DNA from: Paramecium tetraurelia | Lineage: Eukaryota | DNA length: 64,000 nucleotides | Direction of reading: 5' to 3' | Assembly (NCBI GenBank): GCA_000165425.1 | Contig: CT868045.1 | Coordinates: 1-64,000, forward strand | Part shown: positions 48,401 to 62,800 of the stretch, in pieces | Position numbering within the stretch: position 1 is the stretch's first letter | Layout: the number at the start of each line of letters is the position of its first letter | Translations under genes and position numbers: made by a program | The notes under the pieces: model-generated | The model's database searches: none | The model's input: the letters and a program-made list of their open reading frames with translations, nothing else | Told to the model about the DNA's origin: nothing

Positions 48401-51400
48401 AAACCACAATAGAAGAAAGAAGAATAAGATTCGAAGAATAACAAGGCTCCTCCTCCCCCAGAAGAAGAATCAGTATTCTCAATTGCTCCTGATACAATCG
48501 TTTTACCTCCTAAGCATGGAATCATGTTCTAATTCAGAGGATACTCACAGAAGAAGGGAAAGATTTCAGAGATTTTTATGTTAAATTCCACAATAGGCAC
48601 TGAAAGAAAAGCAAATCTACTATTTGCAACAACAATTGAAGGTGATTTCATCTAACCCACTTTGTAATTCTCAGAGAGGAAACTTTTCTTTAAGTATTCG
48701 TGGGAGAAGAACGTTCCATTTATGCCTATTTCAAAGAATCTCGAAATCACTTGTGCTTGTCCTCTACCTGTAAACTTTGACTTAAAGTGTCAATAACCCT
48801 TCACTGTGAATTAGGATAAGTTGTAATTGAATCCAGGTAAGAGTGCAGTAGTTAGAATTGATTTTGATCCTGCATTTAAATCTGATCGTAAATCTGGCGA
48901 TTTAGAAGGCAAACTCTAATTGTCACATTATGAACATCCTCATAAGGATCTGATTGATTTGATTGGGTAGGTCAACTTTCCCAATTTAATCATGGAAACA
49001 AATCTTATTAATTTTGGATCTATTTTATATGATACAACAAAGAAGATGGTTATGACAATGAAGAATCAAAGTGAAATGGCATTGAATTATGAATGGACTT
49101 TCGTAAGTGAAGAATTGTCTACTCAAGGACAATAGCCAAATATCCCAATTAATGAAATCTTTGACATCTTACCATTAAGTGGTTACATGGAACCTGGGTC
49201 AGAAGAACAAGTAGAATTTGTGTACAATGCAATTGGAGGACAAAGATTTAAAACTACTGCTGTGTGTCATGTTGATGGTGGTCCTGAGTACGAGGTGACT
49301 TTGGTAGGAGATAGTAGTTTATTATCATCTAAAATGAGCACTACTTTGATTGAATTAGGAGATGTGAGATTTTGTGAATGGGTTTCTAGAGAATTTACTA
49401 TTGAAAACACAGGAAAGGTTACTTTTGAATTTAAGATTGATTTGAGACACATAAAGAAGAAGGGATTCGTGGATGTACAACCATAAAATGGAAAGATTGC
49501 GGGAGGTGAAAAACTCAGAATTACAGTAAGAGTCTCACCAGTAATACCTGCAGAGTTCAAGGAAATTATTTTGGTGTAGATAGGATATTATGAGCCAGAA
49601 CCAATTACCATTATTGGAAGAGGTGTCTATCCTTCAATGGTGGTGTAATTGCCAAGATCTGAAAATCCCTTATTTTAGTAAAAGTTTGATGTTGAAATTG
49701 CTAAGAAGAAGGCTGATTTGGAAACTCAGACTAAGAGGGCTTAACTTATAGCTAAGACATAGAATTAGAAGGTTTAAGTTAAGACTTTGGAGTAAGTATA
49801 GTTGGAAGTCGAGAGGGACATTGACAGATTTGTGTTTTGTGAATAGATAAAGAGGACTGTTTTGGATAAGTAGGATGAGAGGACTCACTCAAGAGATCAA
49901 AAAAGAGAAATTCTATGATAATGTGATTTTGGCTACTTATATTTGTGATTTTGGAAATGTGGTGCTTAATTCAATTAGACAGAAAACAATAACCATCAAC
50001 AATCCAGGCACTTTGCCAGTTGAGTTTGTTTTAGATGGTAAGTACTTTAAACCTTAGGGATACAATATTGTACCGGAAAGGGTTTTGAATTTGCCAAGTG
50101 GTGCTAATATCACTTTGAACATTCAATATTAGACTAAAAAGAACATGGGTTTTGGACCAACTAAGACTGTAGTGCCAATTGAATTGAAGAAGGGTCCAAA
50201 GTTTCATCTTGAATTAGTGGCCAATATCACAATACCTTAAATTGTAATTGAGAATTCAGCTGATGGATAAATTGATTTTGGTAAAGTTCTGATTGGATAA
50301 AAGAAGATTATCTTCATTAAGATTTGTCAATGATAAAGAGATAGACTGTGAATGGTCTCAATCCACTAGATAAGAATTGACAGCTGATAAGAAAGAGGAG
50401 CCTAGATTTGTCTTAGTGCCTAATAGTGGCGTAATTAAACCAGGTGATAAATAATTAGTGGAGGCTCATTTCACTCCTTTGGTTGAAAGCTAGAAACTAT
50501 TCCTAAAAGTTCACTCTCAATATCAAGGAGAATGCAACACCTTATATATTAAATCTTAAAGGAACTGGAACAAGCATCAATTTATAATTACAATCCTCAA
50601 TTGATAAACATTGGGCACCATCTTACCCTATGATAAGTTTGCACATTCTGTATTGGAAATCAAGAATCCTACTGAATTTGACACTGAATTATTCTCATTA
50701 GATTTTGATACCCTATATTTGTAGGATGATGAAATTGTAAATAGTTATCCATAATTGGAACACACAGATTTTATATTGATGCCTGTGAGGTAGCCAGGAC
50801 AACCAATATGGTTAAGCATCGTTAGAAAGCATTCACTAGAAGTAAGAGAAAAGATCAAATCTTGAATAAATTACAAGATCCAAATGTTGAAAATAAAGAA
50901 CAATTGTAAAAAGAATTAGATGATATTGTAATACAGGAAACTATGATTAAAGTTGAATATCCAAAGAAGGTCAGCGAAGATGTCTTGAAAAATATTGTTA
51001 TCATGGGCCCTCCTAAATGTGGTAAGACTCATTTAGCCAATTATTTGGAGTAGACTCACAGAAGAAAAGTGATTAATATGAATGAGTTGGTTCAATGGAA
51101 TCAAGAGAATTAGACTTAAGCATATCAACAATTCGAGTAATATTTATAACAGAGATAAAATGAAATCCAATTTGTATAATAAGAGAGAGAGAAATTATTA
51201 AAGAAAGCAGGAAAGAAATCAAAGGATCTTGAAGACAAGTGGGGACCTATTCCATTGCATTTATACGAATACTTGAGTGAAGAGGTCATTGTAAAATTGT
51301 TGAAAGCAAGGTTGGCTCATGAAGATTGTGGTGCAGGTGCTATTTTTGATAATTTATAATCCAAATATTGGCCTAATGAATTATATTTGATGAAATGTAT

Positions 51401-54400
51401 CATGGAGATTGATTCTCATTTGTAAGTAGTAGTCTTGAAGGAATAATTTGATCAATATGGTTTTGAAATCTAGAAGTTGATTGAATGGCCAGGAATGGAG
51501 AAGTTGGCTGAGGAGGACAAACCTAAGAAAGAAGAAATAGTGGATCCTATTCCTACATCGAAAGACAAGAATAATAAAACTCAGACTAAGAGAGGAAAGG
51601 AGTAATCTTAGAGTGTAACTAAGAAGCAAGAAAAACCTCTAGTTTCACAATTACAATTATAACAACAACAATAATCAAGATAGAAATCAAGGCCAAAGTC
51701 ATAACCAAAATCAGCAGGAAATCTTGTGGAATAAAGTTACTATGATGTGTTTTACCCAGCTAGTTTTGAAGATGAAATACAGAAATAGAATTTCAATGAC
51801 TTGATAACAAAAGTGAAAGCTTTGGTTGAGAATAAATATCATGAGAAAATAGAAATAGCTACTAAAATTCATGACCCTGTGTTTGATGAAGGAAAGAAGG
51901 AAGAGAAACCATAGAAGCCAGCAAAGAAAGGCGATAAGCCACCTGAACCAGAAGAACCAAAAGTAGAAATAATAGATTACACACATCTGCAAAAAGGAGA
52001 AAGATAATTTAATGAAGTTCCTTTCCATTATAATTTACCATAATTATGCTAAACAGGATTGCAAGTAATACCAGCTCCAATTTATCCAAATCCAAATTCG
52101 TTGCCAATTCCTGATCCAATTTATCATTAGATTGTGATGAAGAAGAAGGACAACCTGAACTAATCAATACAAACAGGTAGAAAGAAGACAGACACAAAGG
52201 AGTCATCAATACATCAATCAAATGCAACTCTTACTTAGACTCTGAAATACTTTAACATCCTCACACCAAAAGATATGTATGTGAAGGATTACAAAATGCA
52301 ATCTTAATAAAAGACAGAACATGTTGATGAAGACAAACACAATCTCTAGGAGGAATAAAATAGACATTTAGAGGATATCAATTCACCAAGTAGGGAACAA
52401 CTCTAACATCCAGATTAATTGAATAAACCAGTCACTCCCTCAGTCAAAGCAAGAGCCAATGTTACTTCAAGATCGATTGCAAATGTAAGTAAGAGATCGC
52501 AACAGCAAAAGAATGCAGATTCATCATAAGGAAATGATCAGAAGTATAATTATAAACTTGAAGATTTAACTTAAAAACAATACAGATGGAATATCCCAGC
52601 TGGTAGAACATTGATTTTAGTGATCTAATTCTTTACTAAACATACTGGTTCATTTGAAGGCAGACTCAACTTTGACAATTTCTTCTCCATCAAGAAATCA
52701 GCTGCTGAAGTCAAAGGAGTTGCTGATTACCCATCTTTAAGTGGATTGCCAAAATAACTGTTTTGGACTGTGAAGAAAGCAAGACCTGCTCTTGCACCTG
52801 ATTCATACTTAAGCAAAGTTTATGTTTTAGAATGAACAAAGCTTTGATTTTGGACCATTGCTCATTGGAAAGTCTGATAAGATAGCCAATCGAGCAATCA
52901 ATAGCACAACATTTAGATTGTCTAATTCTGGTAAATTTGATACTGAATTGCAATTCTCCCTATTATCAAGCATCCAAGAGAATAAAGAGATTCAAAAAGG
53001 AGTGTTCACTTTGGATCTAGATAATTCTAAAATCCAAATGAACAGTGTTCCATTGGAGCTAAGAGTGTGGGCATTCCCAGATAAACCTTAGAAATTCAGA
53101 GATGATTTGATTGTCTAGATCAAAGATAATCCTCTGCCTCTCATCATTCCTTTGGTATGCATAGGATGTAGACCTACTATTGATTTAATTAATCCTGACA
53201 TAAAATTTGAAAGATTGTTAATTTCTTAATCTGATTCCAGGACAGTTACTATAAAGAACACAGGTATGATAAATGCAAAATGGAAATTAACAGGAATAGA
53301 GCAATTGGAAGAGGAGTTCTAAGTGATCAACACTTCAGGTGAATTGGCTCCTACAATGGAAGCTAAGATTGAAATAAGATTCAGAGCAATTAAGGAGAGA
53401 AAATTAAATTTGAAAATAACTCTTGAAGTTGAAGATGTGGAGAACATGAACATTAAGTAGGATCCCAAGATTATTAATGTGGATGCTGAAGCATTTTAAA
53501 TTTAAGTTGATATCAAGTATCCAACACCAGAGAATATTTTAGATTTTGGTAGTGTCAAAGTGGGTGATTTCAAAGATCAAGTGTTGTAAGTCAAGAACAT
53601 CGGGTAGTATTTGGTGAAAATTAAGTGTCTAATTAAAAAGAAGCTCTTCCCTCAATTGTTTTAATTGGAACCGATGGAAACTGATCTGAATCCTGGTTAA
53701 TAGAAGGATATTTTGATAAGATTTTGTGGAGTCAAGGAGATTAAGATGAAGACTACAAATGATACTACTGATCTATATTTGGAGATCTTGGAAGGGAAAA
53801 CACAAGAAATCTACAAGCCTGTTCCTATCAATGTGCAATTCAATAGTGTTTATTCGAAGTATTCAATTAATCCATTAAAAAATATCAATTTTGGACCCAT
53901 TCAATTCAATGAATCGAAAGTAAGACACTTGGAGATAAAGAATGAAGGGTAATTCGAATTCAATTTCACAATATTTGATTATGCAAATGAGGAATTCAGA
54001 AAGCAATTGTTGGACCAATAGACTAAGGAAGCCTAGGAAAAGAAGGAATTGATGAAGGCTATGCCATCTTCATTGGCACCTGTGGATCCTAAGAAAGGAC
54101 CAAAGAAAGATGATAAAAAGCAAGAGAAGAAATAGGCTAAGCCAGGGAAGAATGATCCACCTCCTGGATAATTGAAAATCGGGCAATGGACAATTATGCC
54201 TAGTATTGGCACAATAGCCCCAGACTCTTCTTGTACAGTGGAAATCACTTTTGCAGGATAGGGATAGAAGAACTATGAACAAAAATTGGCAATCGACATC
54301 ATTAATCGTAATCCAGAAGATTAACCAAATGGAATTGAATATGAAGTACTGAGTGAAAGTTGTATTCCAGGTATTAGTACAACTAGTTATGAATCTATTT

Positions 54401-57400
54401 TTGAAGAGCAAGTCGTATTGCAATCTCAAGTGAATAATCTATCAAACTTGATTAATTCCAATGTCTTCTTCATAGAGGAAAAGGTATTCAGCTTTGGTAC
54501 TTTGGTGCCATCTAAAGTTCCTGACGGAGTAGTGGAAAGATTCAAACTCACAAATCCCAACAAGATTCCATGCAGTGTTAAATTAGATGCTAGAAGAAGG
54601 TAGAATTATCCCAATGATAACTTCGCATTTGAAGTTTTCCCAAAGCAAGTCAAGATAGCACCTCATGAAAGTGTCTACATCAAGGTTGCTCTTCAAACCT
54701 GCTATAATGGCTCAATATTATGGTATTTTTGAGGCTATCGTTGAGAATGGTGAACAAAGTGCCAAGACTCATAAATTATTGTTTGATTTACGAGGAGAAG
54801 GAGCCTTACCAACATTGAAATTGGAGAAACCTAAGGATTGGTTGGATGAGAGGACACCTGTTGTTAAATTTGGCAGAGTTCGATTGGGCAAGACTTTAAC
54901 TATGCCAATCGTCTTGAAGAATGATGGATAGATTCCAGCCACTGTTAAATGGGATTTGACAGCAGTGAATGAACATTTTAGATTCTTAGATCAAAACACA
55001 TTTACACTTACTCCTAAAACTACTGCCACTTTCAACATTGAATTTACTCCAAAGGAAGTTGGAGTTAAGTAACATTACTTTGTAATGTAAACTCTACTGA
55101 ATCCCTATGAAGTTACTAAAGTGGCAGTAACAGGAGAAGCATTCTAAGAGGACATTGTATTTGAAAACTTGGATGATGAAGTTCAATTTGGTGATTGCAT
55201 TATTAATACTGAAAAGAAAATATAGTTTTTCCTTAAAAACAATGGAGCCAACACAATTAGATTCTAATGGAATACATAGGGATGTGAAGATTTTTCATTT
55301 ATTCCAAGACAAGGTCATTTGAATACCAAAGAGTCTAAACCCATTACTCTAATATTTAAATCCAATAGAAGCATAATTCACAAATCTTTTGCATTACAGT
55401 GTGACACTAAGCAAATTAATAAGAAAACATAATCTGAATGGGATGATAGCATGGCAACCACAAAGTATGTCACATTAACTGAGTATAATTGGTTTATGAA
55501 GAGAAGAGAGGAAGAGGAAGCTAGAAGATTGGCTGAAGAGGCTGCCAACAAAAAGGGAGCCAAGAAAGTAGATAAGAAAACTGCAAAGCAAGAAATTGTC
55601 CAACCTCCCTAACCTGAACCTGGAGAGGATTCCAACATACCCATTTCAGACCCATTACCTGAACCAGAATATCAAGTTATAGATAAGAGTGATAAGAGTA
55701 TGCCATTGAAGGTGAATGCAGTTGCTGATTTTGCAAAATATGAGATAGATCAGAGAAATGTTTACTTTAAGGAAACCTTGATGTATACAACCAGAGTTCA
55801 TTAATTGAAATTAAAGAATACTTCGTTGATAGCCATAAATTATAATTGTAAGATAGTGTCAGCAGAGACTGGAACCATAGATCCTGGATACTTTTACGTG
55901 TTTCCAAAGCAAGGCAAGATTGCTAGCAACAGTGACGAGATGTTCACTATTAAATTCAGTCCTACAGAAGTTGATGAGTCGAATGAGAGGTTGTTGGTCA
56001 TCTCAATAGATAATTTGGATCCCAATTAGGAGAAGTTGATAGTTGAATTGGATGGATAAGCAGAAAGACCGATATGTCATTTCGAATTGCCACCTAGCAA
56101 TTACAGAGATAAGAAGCCAGATTTGGAAGCCAAATACAATGTGATTGAATTTGAGAGTTTGGGATGCAAGGTGAAGAATACGAAGAGATTTTATGTTGTG
56201 AATCCCACTTCAGTGGGTTATGAATATGAATGGAAGAGAATTGACGATGAAAAGAACCAGAATGCAAACTACTTTAAATGTATCACACTCAAGGGTGTAG
56301 TGTTGTCAGGTAAGAAATCAGAAATCATCTTTGAATATTCACCAGATACATAAGGACAACATGAAAGCTATTGGGTTTTCGAGATTCCACAAGAACACAT
56401 TACTTAATATTTCCTAATTACTGGAGGTGTGGTTGAACCAAATGTAATATTCAATGTTGGTAAGGTCAATTTCGGTCCCTTGTTGGTTCAAGGAAAGAAT
56501 AAAGAAACTGTTATCCTTAAAAATTTGGAAGATGTTCCTTTGACATTTTAATTTGATAGGGAATCTTTCCATAATCCAGAGTTCGGTGATTCTCTCACAA
56601 TAACCCCAGTTCAAGGTACCATCAAGGCACTTGGAGATTAACCAATTGAGATATAATTTGCACCAAAAGTTGAAAGAGAATACAATTACAATCTTTTATG
56701 CAATGTGAAGAGGAGACAGAGACCTGTAACATTAAATGTCAAGGGTATTGGTTACATCCTACACAATAATGTGTTATTGAATGGCGTTGCTGTTACACAA
56801 TAAAATACAGTAGTTGAATTGGGAGATTTGTACATAAACGAGAAATCAAGCAAATAGATCACGGTTGAGAATTAAGGGGATTTTAATTTCGATTTCAGTG
56901 TGAGAAAATCAGCTCAATTGTCCAACATTGTGATTATCAACCCAGAGAATGGTACAGTGAAGAAGAATGAGAAGTTTAATATTGAAATCAGATATCAACC
57001 AACAGCTCCTTAGAAATTGAATTAACAATTTTCATTATGCATTTCAAGCGGACCTACTTACAATTTCCAATTGATTGGATCTGCTAAGAAACCAGCAGTA
57101 GAATTTTCATTTTTACAATATGACTTTGGACCATGCTTTGTATTGAGATAGCCATTACCGATCACCAAAAATTTGGAGTTGAGAAATAGAGATGTGTAGG
57201 CTATGGCGATTGAAGCTTTGTATGAGAAGAAGCCCTATTTTGGAGTTTAATTACCTTCAGGATAGGTGCTATTGCCAATTCAGATAGAAACTCATAAGGA
57301 TAAGAAGGGAATCATACAAACGAAGGAGTTGAATGTTTTATAGATCCCAATAACTTTCACTCCAAGAGAGTTGGTCAAATATGATGAGAGTGTGATCTTT

Positions 57401-59751
57401 GACATTAATGGATTGTAAAAGGTAGAGGTGAGATTTACAGGAGAAGGTGTTCCTTTGAAGTTAGACTTATTGAAGACAGAATACTAGTTTGTAGATTTTG
57501 GAATATATGGTATTGGACAGATTGGAACTGAGGTAGTTTCTTTAGTGAATAATTCATAAAAGATGGTCACTTTGATCTTCGAGTAGGATTTGCTGAAGGA
57601 ATTGAAATAAAAATATTACATTAAGGTAAGGCCAAAGAAGGAGTTTGTAATTAATCCAAGAGAGAGGAAAGAAATTACTTTGACTTTTAAACCTAAATAG
57701 AGATTGCATTCTTTCAAGACTGATCTGTTCTTTAAGATAGTTGAAAACAACGAAGTGAGAAAACTATTGACATTGTAAGGAGCATGCCATGGCATCGAAT
57801 TGAAGTTGATGGAGGATACCATAGGATTTGGAGGAGTGGTTATCAATTCAAGACTGACAAAGAATGTGCAATTGAGTAATTTGGGAGATGTTGCTGCTAA
57901 ATTCCAATGGGATACCTCATTTTGTAAGAACTACTTCACCATCACTCCATTGTCAGGAACATTGCCAGCTCATGAAGACCTATAATTTTAGATTACGTTC
58001 CATCCAAATGCTATTGATAACGACATTAGATTCGATAAGGTGAAATGCTTGATCTAAAATTCAGATCCATTGTACTTGAACCTCTTAGGCAAATGCATAG
58101 AATAGCCAAAAGAATAAATCTAAGAAGTGAAATTTGAGACTGTTGTACGTGTACCCACCTCTAAAAAGGTTACTGTTAAAAATCCAACACCAAAACCATG
58201 GAAAGTCAAAGCATCTGTGACTGCCTTGTTGCCTTAATTTAAGGATTACTTTGAAGGCAAAGAATACATAGAAGTCCCAGCCAATGGATAGGCAGAATAC
58301 GAAGTCATTTACAAGCCTTTAACTATGACATCCAATCCTTAAATCTAAAACTTACAGGATCAACACGAAGGATCGCTCTTTTTCCCATTACCTGATGGGT
58401 AGGCACTTCTCTATAATCTATTTGGTAAGAGTTTGCCACCATTACCATAAACTGTGGACACAACCATGAAGGCCAAAAAGAACACAACCTAAGTGTTGTA
58501 AGTGAAGAACTGGTTAAAGACAAGTCAAAGATTCGAGGTTACCTGGACTTTAGAACCTGAAGATCCCTCTATTATTCTTAACGGAGCCAACACTTTTGAG
58601 GTCTCTAGTGAGGGAACTAAGGAATACAAACTCACCATATATGGACTTAAACAATCTTAAAATAAAGTTACAGTCTATTTCAGAAATGCCATCACATAAG
58701 AATTTGTGTTCTTTAAAATTGTAATTATTATTAATTCATATCAATTTAGAATCTAACAATTCAACCCCCAGATCAATTACCAAGAATTGAATTGACATCC
58801 ATAGTTAGGGAGGTGGCAACAAAGTTGATTACCATTGAGAATCCAATCAATTAGCCTGTTGAATTTAAGAAAGACCAACTTATCGCTGAAACTGACAGTA
58901 TCTCATTCAATCCTTAATAATTCGTAATCCCACCTAAATCAGAATTCGGTCTTGAAATAGCCTATAGACCTTTGGTGGTGCAGGACATTCAATCCAAAAT
59001 CACAATAAAATCAGTTCAATTGGGAGAGTTTGTCTTTCCTCTTAAACTATAAGGATTACAGTAGAATGTCTCAAGATCACTCTATTTCAAAGCTTCCTTG
59101 GGCACTGAAATGGTCTTGCCATTCAAATTTATGAATTTCACCAAGAAGCCTACCATGTATACATGTTATGCCACTAAATTGGGTCCGAATGGAAAACCAC
59201 TTCCTGTGAACATAGACCCAAAGGCTAAAGGTGCACCAGCCTAGACTACAGACTTTATTTGCGAATAAGTTCAATTCCAAGCACCTTAATCTGAATCTTT
59301 TGATGGGGTTGAATGTCAGATCAGTGTCAAGTATGAGCCCAGCAGTCTCAATGAGAGCAGAGGTATCTTAGTTGTGCAATCGCCTGATGGTGGAGGTAAA
59401 CATATCATTCTATTTTTAAAGAATATCAATGTCTGTTGATTGGATAAGGAATCACTCCCTAACCGAAAGGACCATACAAGTTATCGGGCGCTAAACCACC
59501 TGCTATTGAATTTAAGAATCCCTTCTTTGAAGCTTAAGAGTTCACGTTGAGAATTGACAATCCTGCATTTACTTCTTCAGTCAAGTCCCCTATTAAAGTT
59601 GATGTAAGAAATCTAATTGAGTTTTTAGGGTAAAAAAGTATTGAGCATAAACATCACCTACAAAGCAGTACCAAACACAAGCAACAATGGAAGATTAATA
59701 ATTTCCTGCGGAGATTTGCCACAATGGGTATTCTATCTTTAAGGAGAATGA
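45486..59751 (+). CDS. HYDIN: HYDIN axonemal central-pair protein (~4,700 aa, ASH-domain repeats); frameshifts at ~50310-50830 and ~54684
   Basis: N-terminus LFDPIPPIIQF..FKLRNKD..KVAPG..TEREKFVVP..DFPDSLDFGNCPVKYT; many DFG.V...N.. ASH repeats; P-loop GPPKCGKT ~51005; C-terminus WVFYLQGE-TGA. Confidence 0.95.
45918..45946 (+). other. 29-nt intron with GC donor in HYDIN
   Basis: aag|gcatttattttatgattatcatccactag|gta gct cca ggt. Splicing restores KVAPG; unspliced, the frame hits TGA. Confidence 0.75.
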
Positions 59752-59803
59752 ATAATATTATTAATATTTAATATGTTTTATTATAATTATTAATTGAATG
59801 TCA

Positions 59804-62800
59804 TCAATAGACCATAATCAAGAACATAATAATCAATTCCAGATTCTAAGCAAAGTCATCCACCGTAGTTGTCGGAGTCGACGTATTACTAGTTGAATTG
59901 GTACTATTCGTAGTCTAATTGGTAGTCGTATCTTTTGAGCCACTGCAGGATTGGCATCTATTCTTGCTTGCACTCCAGGTGTAAGTGTATTCAGACACAG
60001 TGAAACATTGTGATTGATCAAGAGTATTAAACTCAATTTCTGTACATTTACCATCTGCAAAAGAACAACCTCTTTTAGAAGATTAGTTCCAATCGTAAAA
60101 TGAGTTGCATTTTCCATTTGCCTTTTGATATGATTCACAAGTATGAGCATAGCATGAACTAGTAGATAGACCAGTTGCATATTTAAAAGCACAACGATCC
60201 TTGGCTGACAAACAAGCCTCTTGATCTTAATCAGCTTGCGTGCATGATTGCATTAGGGAACAGGATTGTCCATTCCATACGCATATACCATCAGTTCCAC
60301 CAATACTACAAGCAATTTTGGTAGTATAGGTTGAACACATGTCTTTGTTGATGCACTTGGATCCATCAGTAATGCATGATGGCAATGATTACTAACATAG
60401 TTATAATGTGCTTCCAATAGTAATACTACTACACATATACATCTAACAAGTTCCTAAGGTAGCATTCCAATTGCATTTACCCTCTAATCCATAGGCAACG
60501 GTGCAAGTTTCCTGCAGTTTATATTCAGTACAACTCGACTTGGTTATGCAGGTTATTCCATCGTAAGTACAATTTGATAACTAAAGAGTACATTGCTCAT
60601 GGGAAGAGCCAGCCAAATCTGGACAAGTTTGATTTCTACATTACCCAGTTTCATTCCAAACACAAACTCCTGTTGATGTGATTTGATCATTTTTGATTTG
60701 CTTTCCAATTGAATCTATTTTACAAGATGCTGAATTGACATATTAATTGCATTCGCCAAGACTGATGCACCCATTCAATCCATCAGTTGTACAACTTTTG
60801 CTGGCATTTTGACATTCTTAATGAGTCAAATAATAAGCATCAATGCAAGAGGTAAATAACTTACAAATCGGAGGTTGGGTTGAATTCAAAGTGGGGACAG
60901 TCTTGATGCAATCACCATCAATTCCAGTGACACAACCACCATTTGTATTTGTTTCATTGCATAATGTAATAGGTACACAACTCAATCCGTCAGTTGTACA
61001 CAGGGATGAAACCTACTTGCATTCTTAATCAGTTTTGAATTGTATTGATTTACATGAGGTGAATAAAAAACATTAGGCTAACTTATCAATCCATTTGCAT
61101 GGACCATCTAATCCTAAGACACATGATGATTATGTGGTGAAATCACTACAACTTTTTATTTTCATGCATTTCTGATTCTCTCCAATTGTGCATGAAGTAT
61201 TGAATTTCTAACAGTCTCCATAAGTAGTACCACTATAATCTTAGCATTCTCCAATGTTTCTACAATTACCTTTATCCCAAATGCATTTAACATTGTTGTA
61301 ACTCAAAGTGCAATCTTTTTCTTTGTTGATCACCTGACATTCTTTCAAGGTACATTTATTACCTACCCAATAACATTATTCTTCTTTGACTGACTTTGTA
61401 CATCCTGCTTCACTTGTGGCTGTTGAACACGATCCTCTTTTGACACATTTAGTACCATCAGTAGTACAAGAGGACATGGCTGTTTTGCATTCGGAATCAG
61501 TTGTAAATTCATATTCTTCACACACATGTCTCTTGCATTTGTTGGTGTCCTCTGCTGTACAAGTAGGTAGCCAACTAGAACATAATTAAGCAGTATTTTA
61601 ATCAGGGGGAGCAGCAGAACAAGTTTTGATTTAACATTTGGAGTCATACCAGAAACAATCATTACCACTTCCATCTCGTATGCATGAAAGTTCAATAGAG
61701 ATTTCAGGGCATTTGCTAGGAATGGGAATGCAACCCAATAAATCTGATGAAACAGTGCAATTATTTAAGTAACTTTGACAAGCTTAATAAGTAGAATAAT
61801 CAGCAGTTTTTGGAGCAGTTTTACAACTCAATTCTGTGCATGCAGATTCAAACCAAGTACATTGTTTATTATCTTTATTGGTATAACATTGCTATTCAAA
61901 TTTATAATCACTGCAACTAGCACTGATATCTTGACAACCTTGGATGACTTATTATTGTTGATCATCTAATTTGACAGAGACTGTGCATGTGGCATCAAAA
62001 TTTTGACATTGCTAATGGGAATTATAGGAAAGAGCAGCAACATTGCATTATCTGTATTGGCATTTAGATGTATTTGTGTTCCAGAAACAATTTTTGTTGT
62101 CATTGTCAACAACGCATTAGGATGAACTTGTATATAAGTCACACGATTTTAAGGTTGGACAATCTGGTTCTGAGATTCCTGTTTTCTCAATTTCTAAACA
62201 ATTGAAATCGATGCAATTCAAAGTAGATGAATTCCACCAACATCTTTGATTAGCATAATTAAACTTGCATTAGATTGATGTCAAATAACTACTACAATTT
62301 TATAATTTAGTAATGCAACCACCCTTATTCGTAATAGTACACTGATTACTGATGTTTTCACATTAGCTATGAGTTGTGAAGCTGTTAGACAAAAGATGAC
62401 AGGCCATCTTCAGACATTTATTGTCCACTGCAATGCATTAGCCTTCTTGAGACCATAGACATGAACTTGCAGTCTATTCGGAACATGTTAACTTCATTTC
62501 GACACAAGCATTAAATGAGGAATTGATGGTGCAAGTTGGCAACCAAACTTAACAATCTTCATGAGTTGTTTTCATTGTATCTACATTTAAGCAGGTCTTG
62601 TCTTTGCATCCAGTGGTTGAGTCATTTGTGCATGTGCTTTTCAACTTTAGACAATCATTAAGAGTATAAGTAAATGTCTCACCTAAAAAGATTTGATTAC
62701 AGGCAATTTTATTTGTCATTTCTATGCATGAAGCACCTGCATTTGTTTATTAATTCTATATACATCTACCTCTGGATGAGTGGTAACAATCACTCAAATT

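Noticed and set aside
50310..50830. Retained IES or programmed frameshifting explaining the HYDIN frame breaks
   Set aside because: The lesions are single-base shifts, not TA-bounded inserts of 26 bp or more, and they share no slippery motif.
9966..59751. Functional ciliary gene cluster (NPHP1-like gene plus HYDIN)
   Set aside because: They are 27 kb apart with unrelated genes between, and ciliary genes are abundant in this genome.
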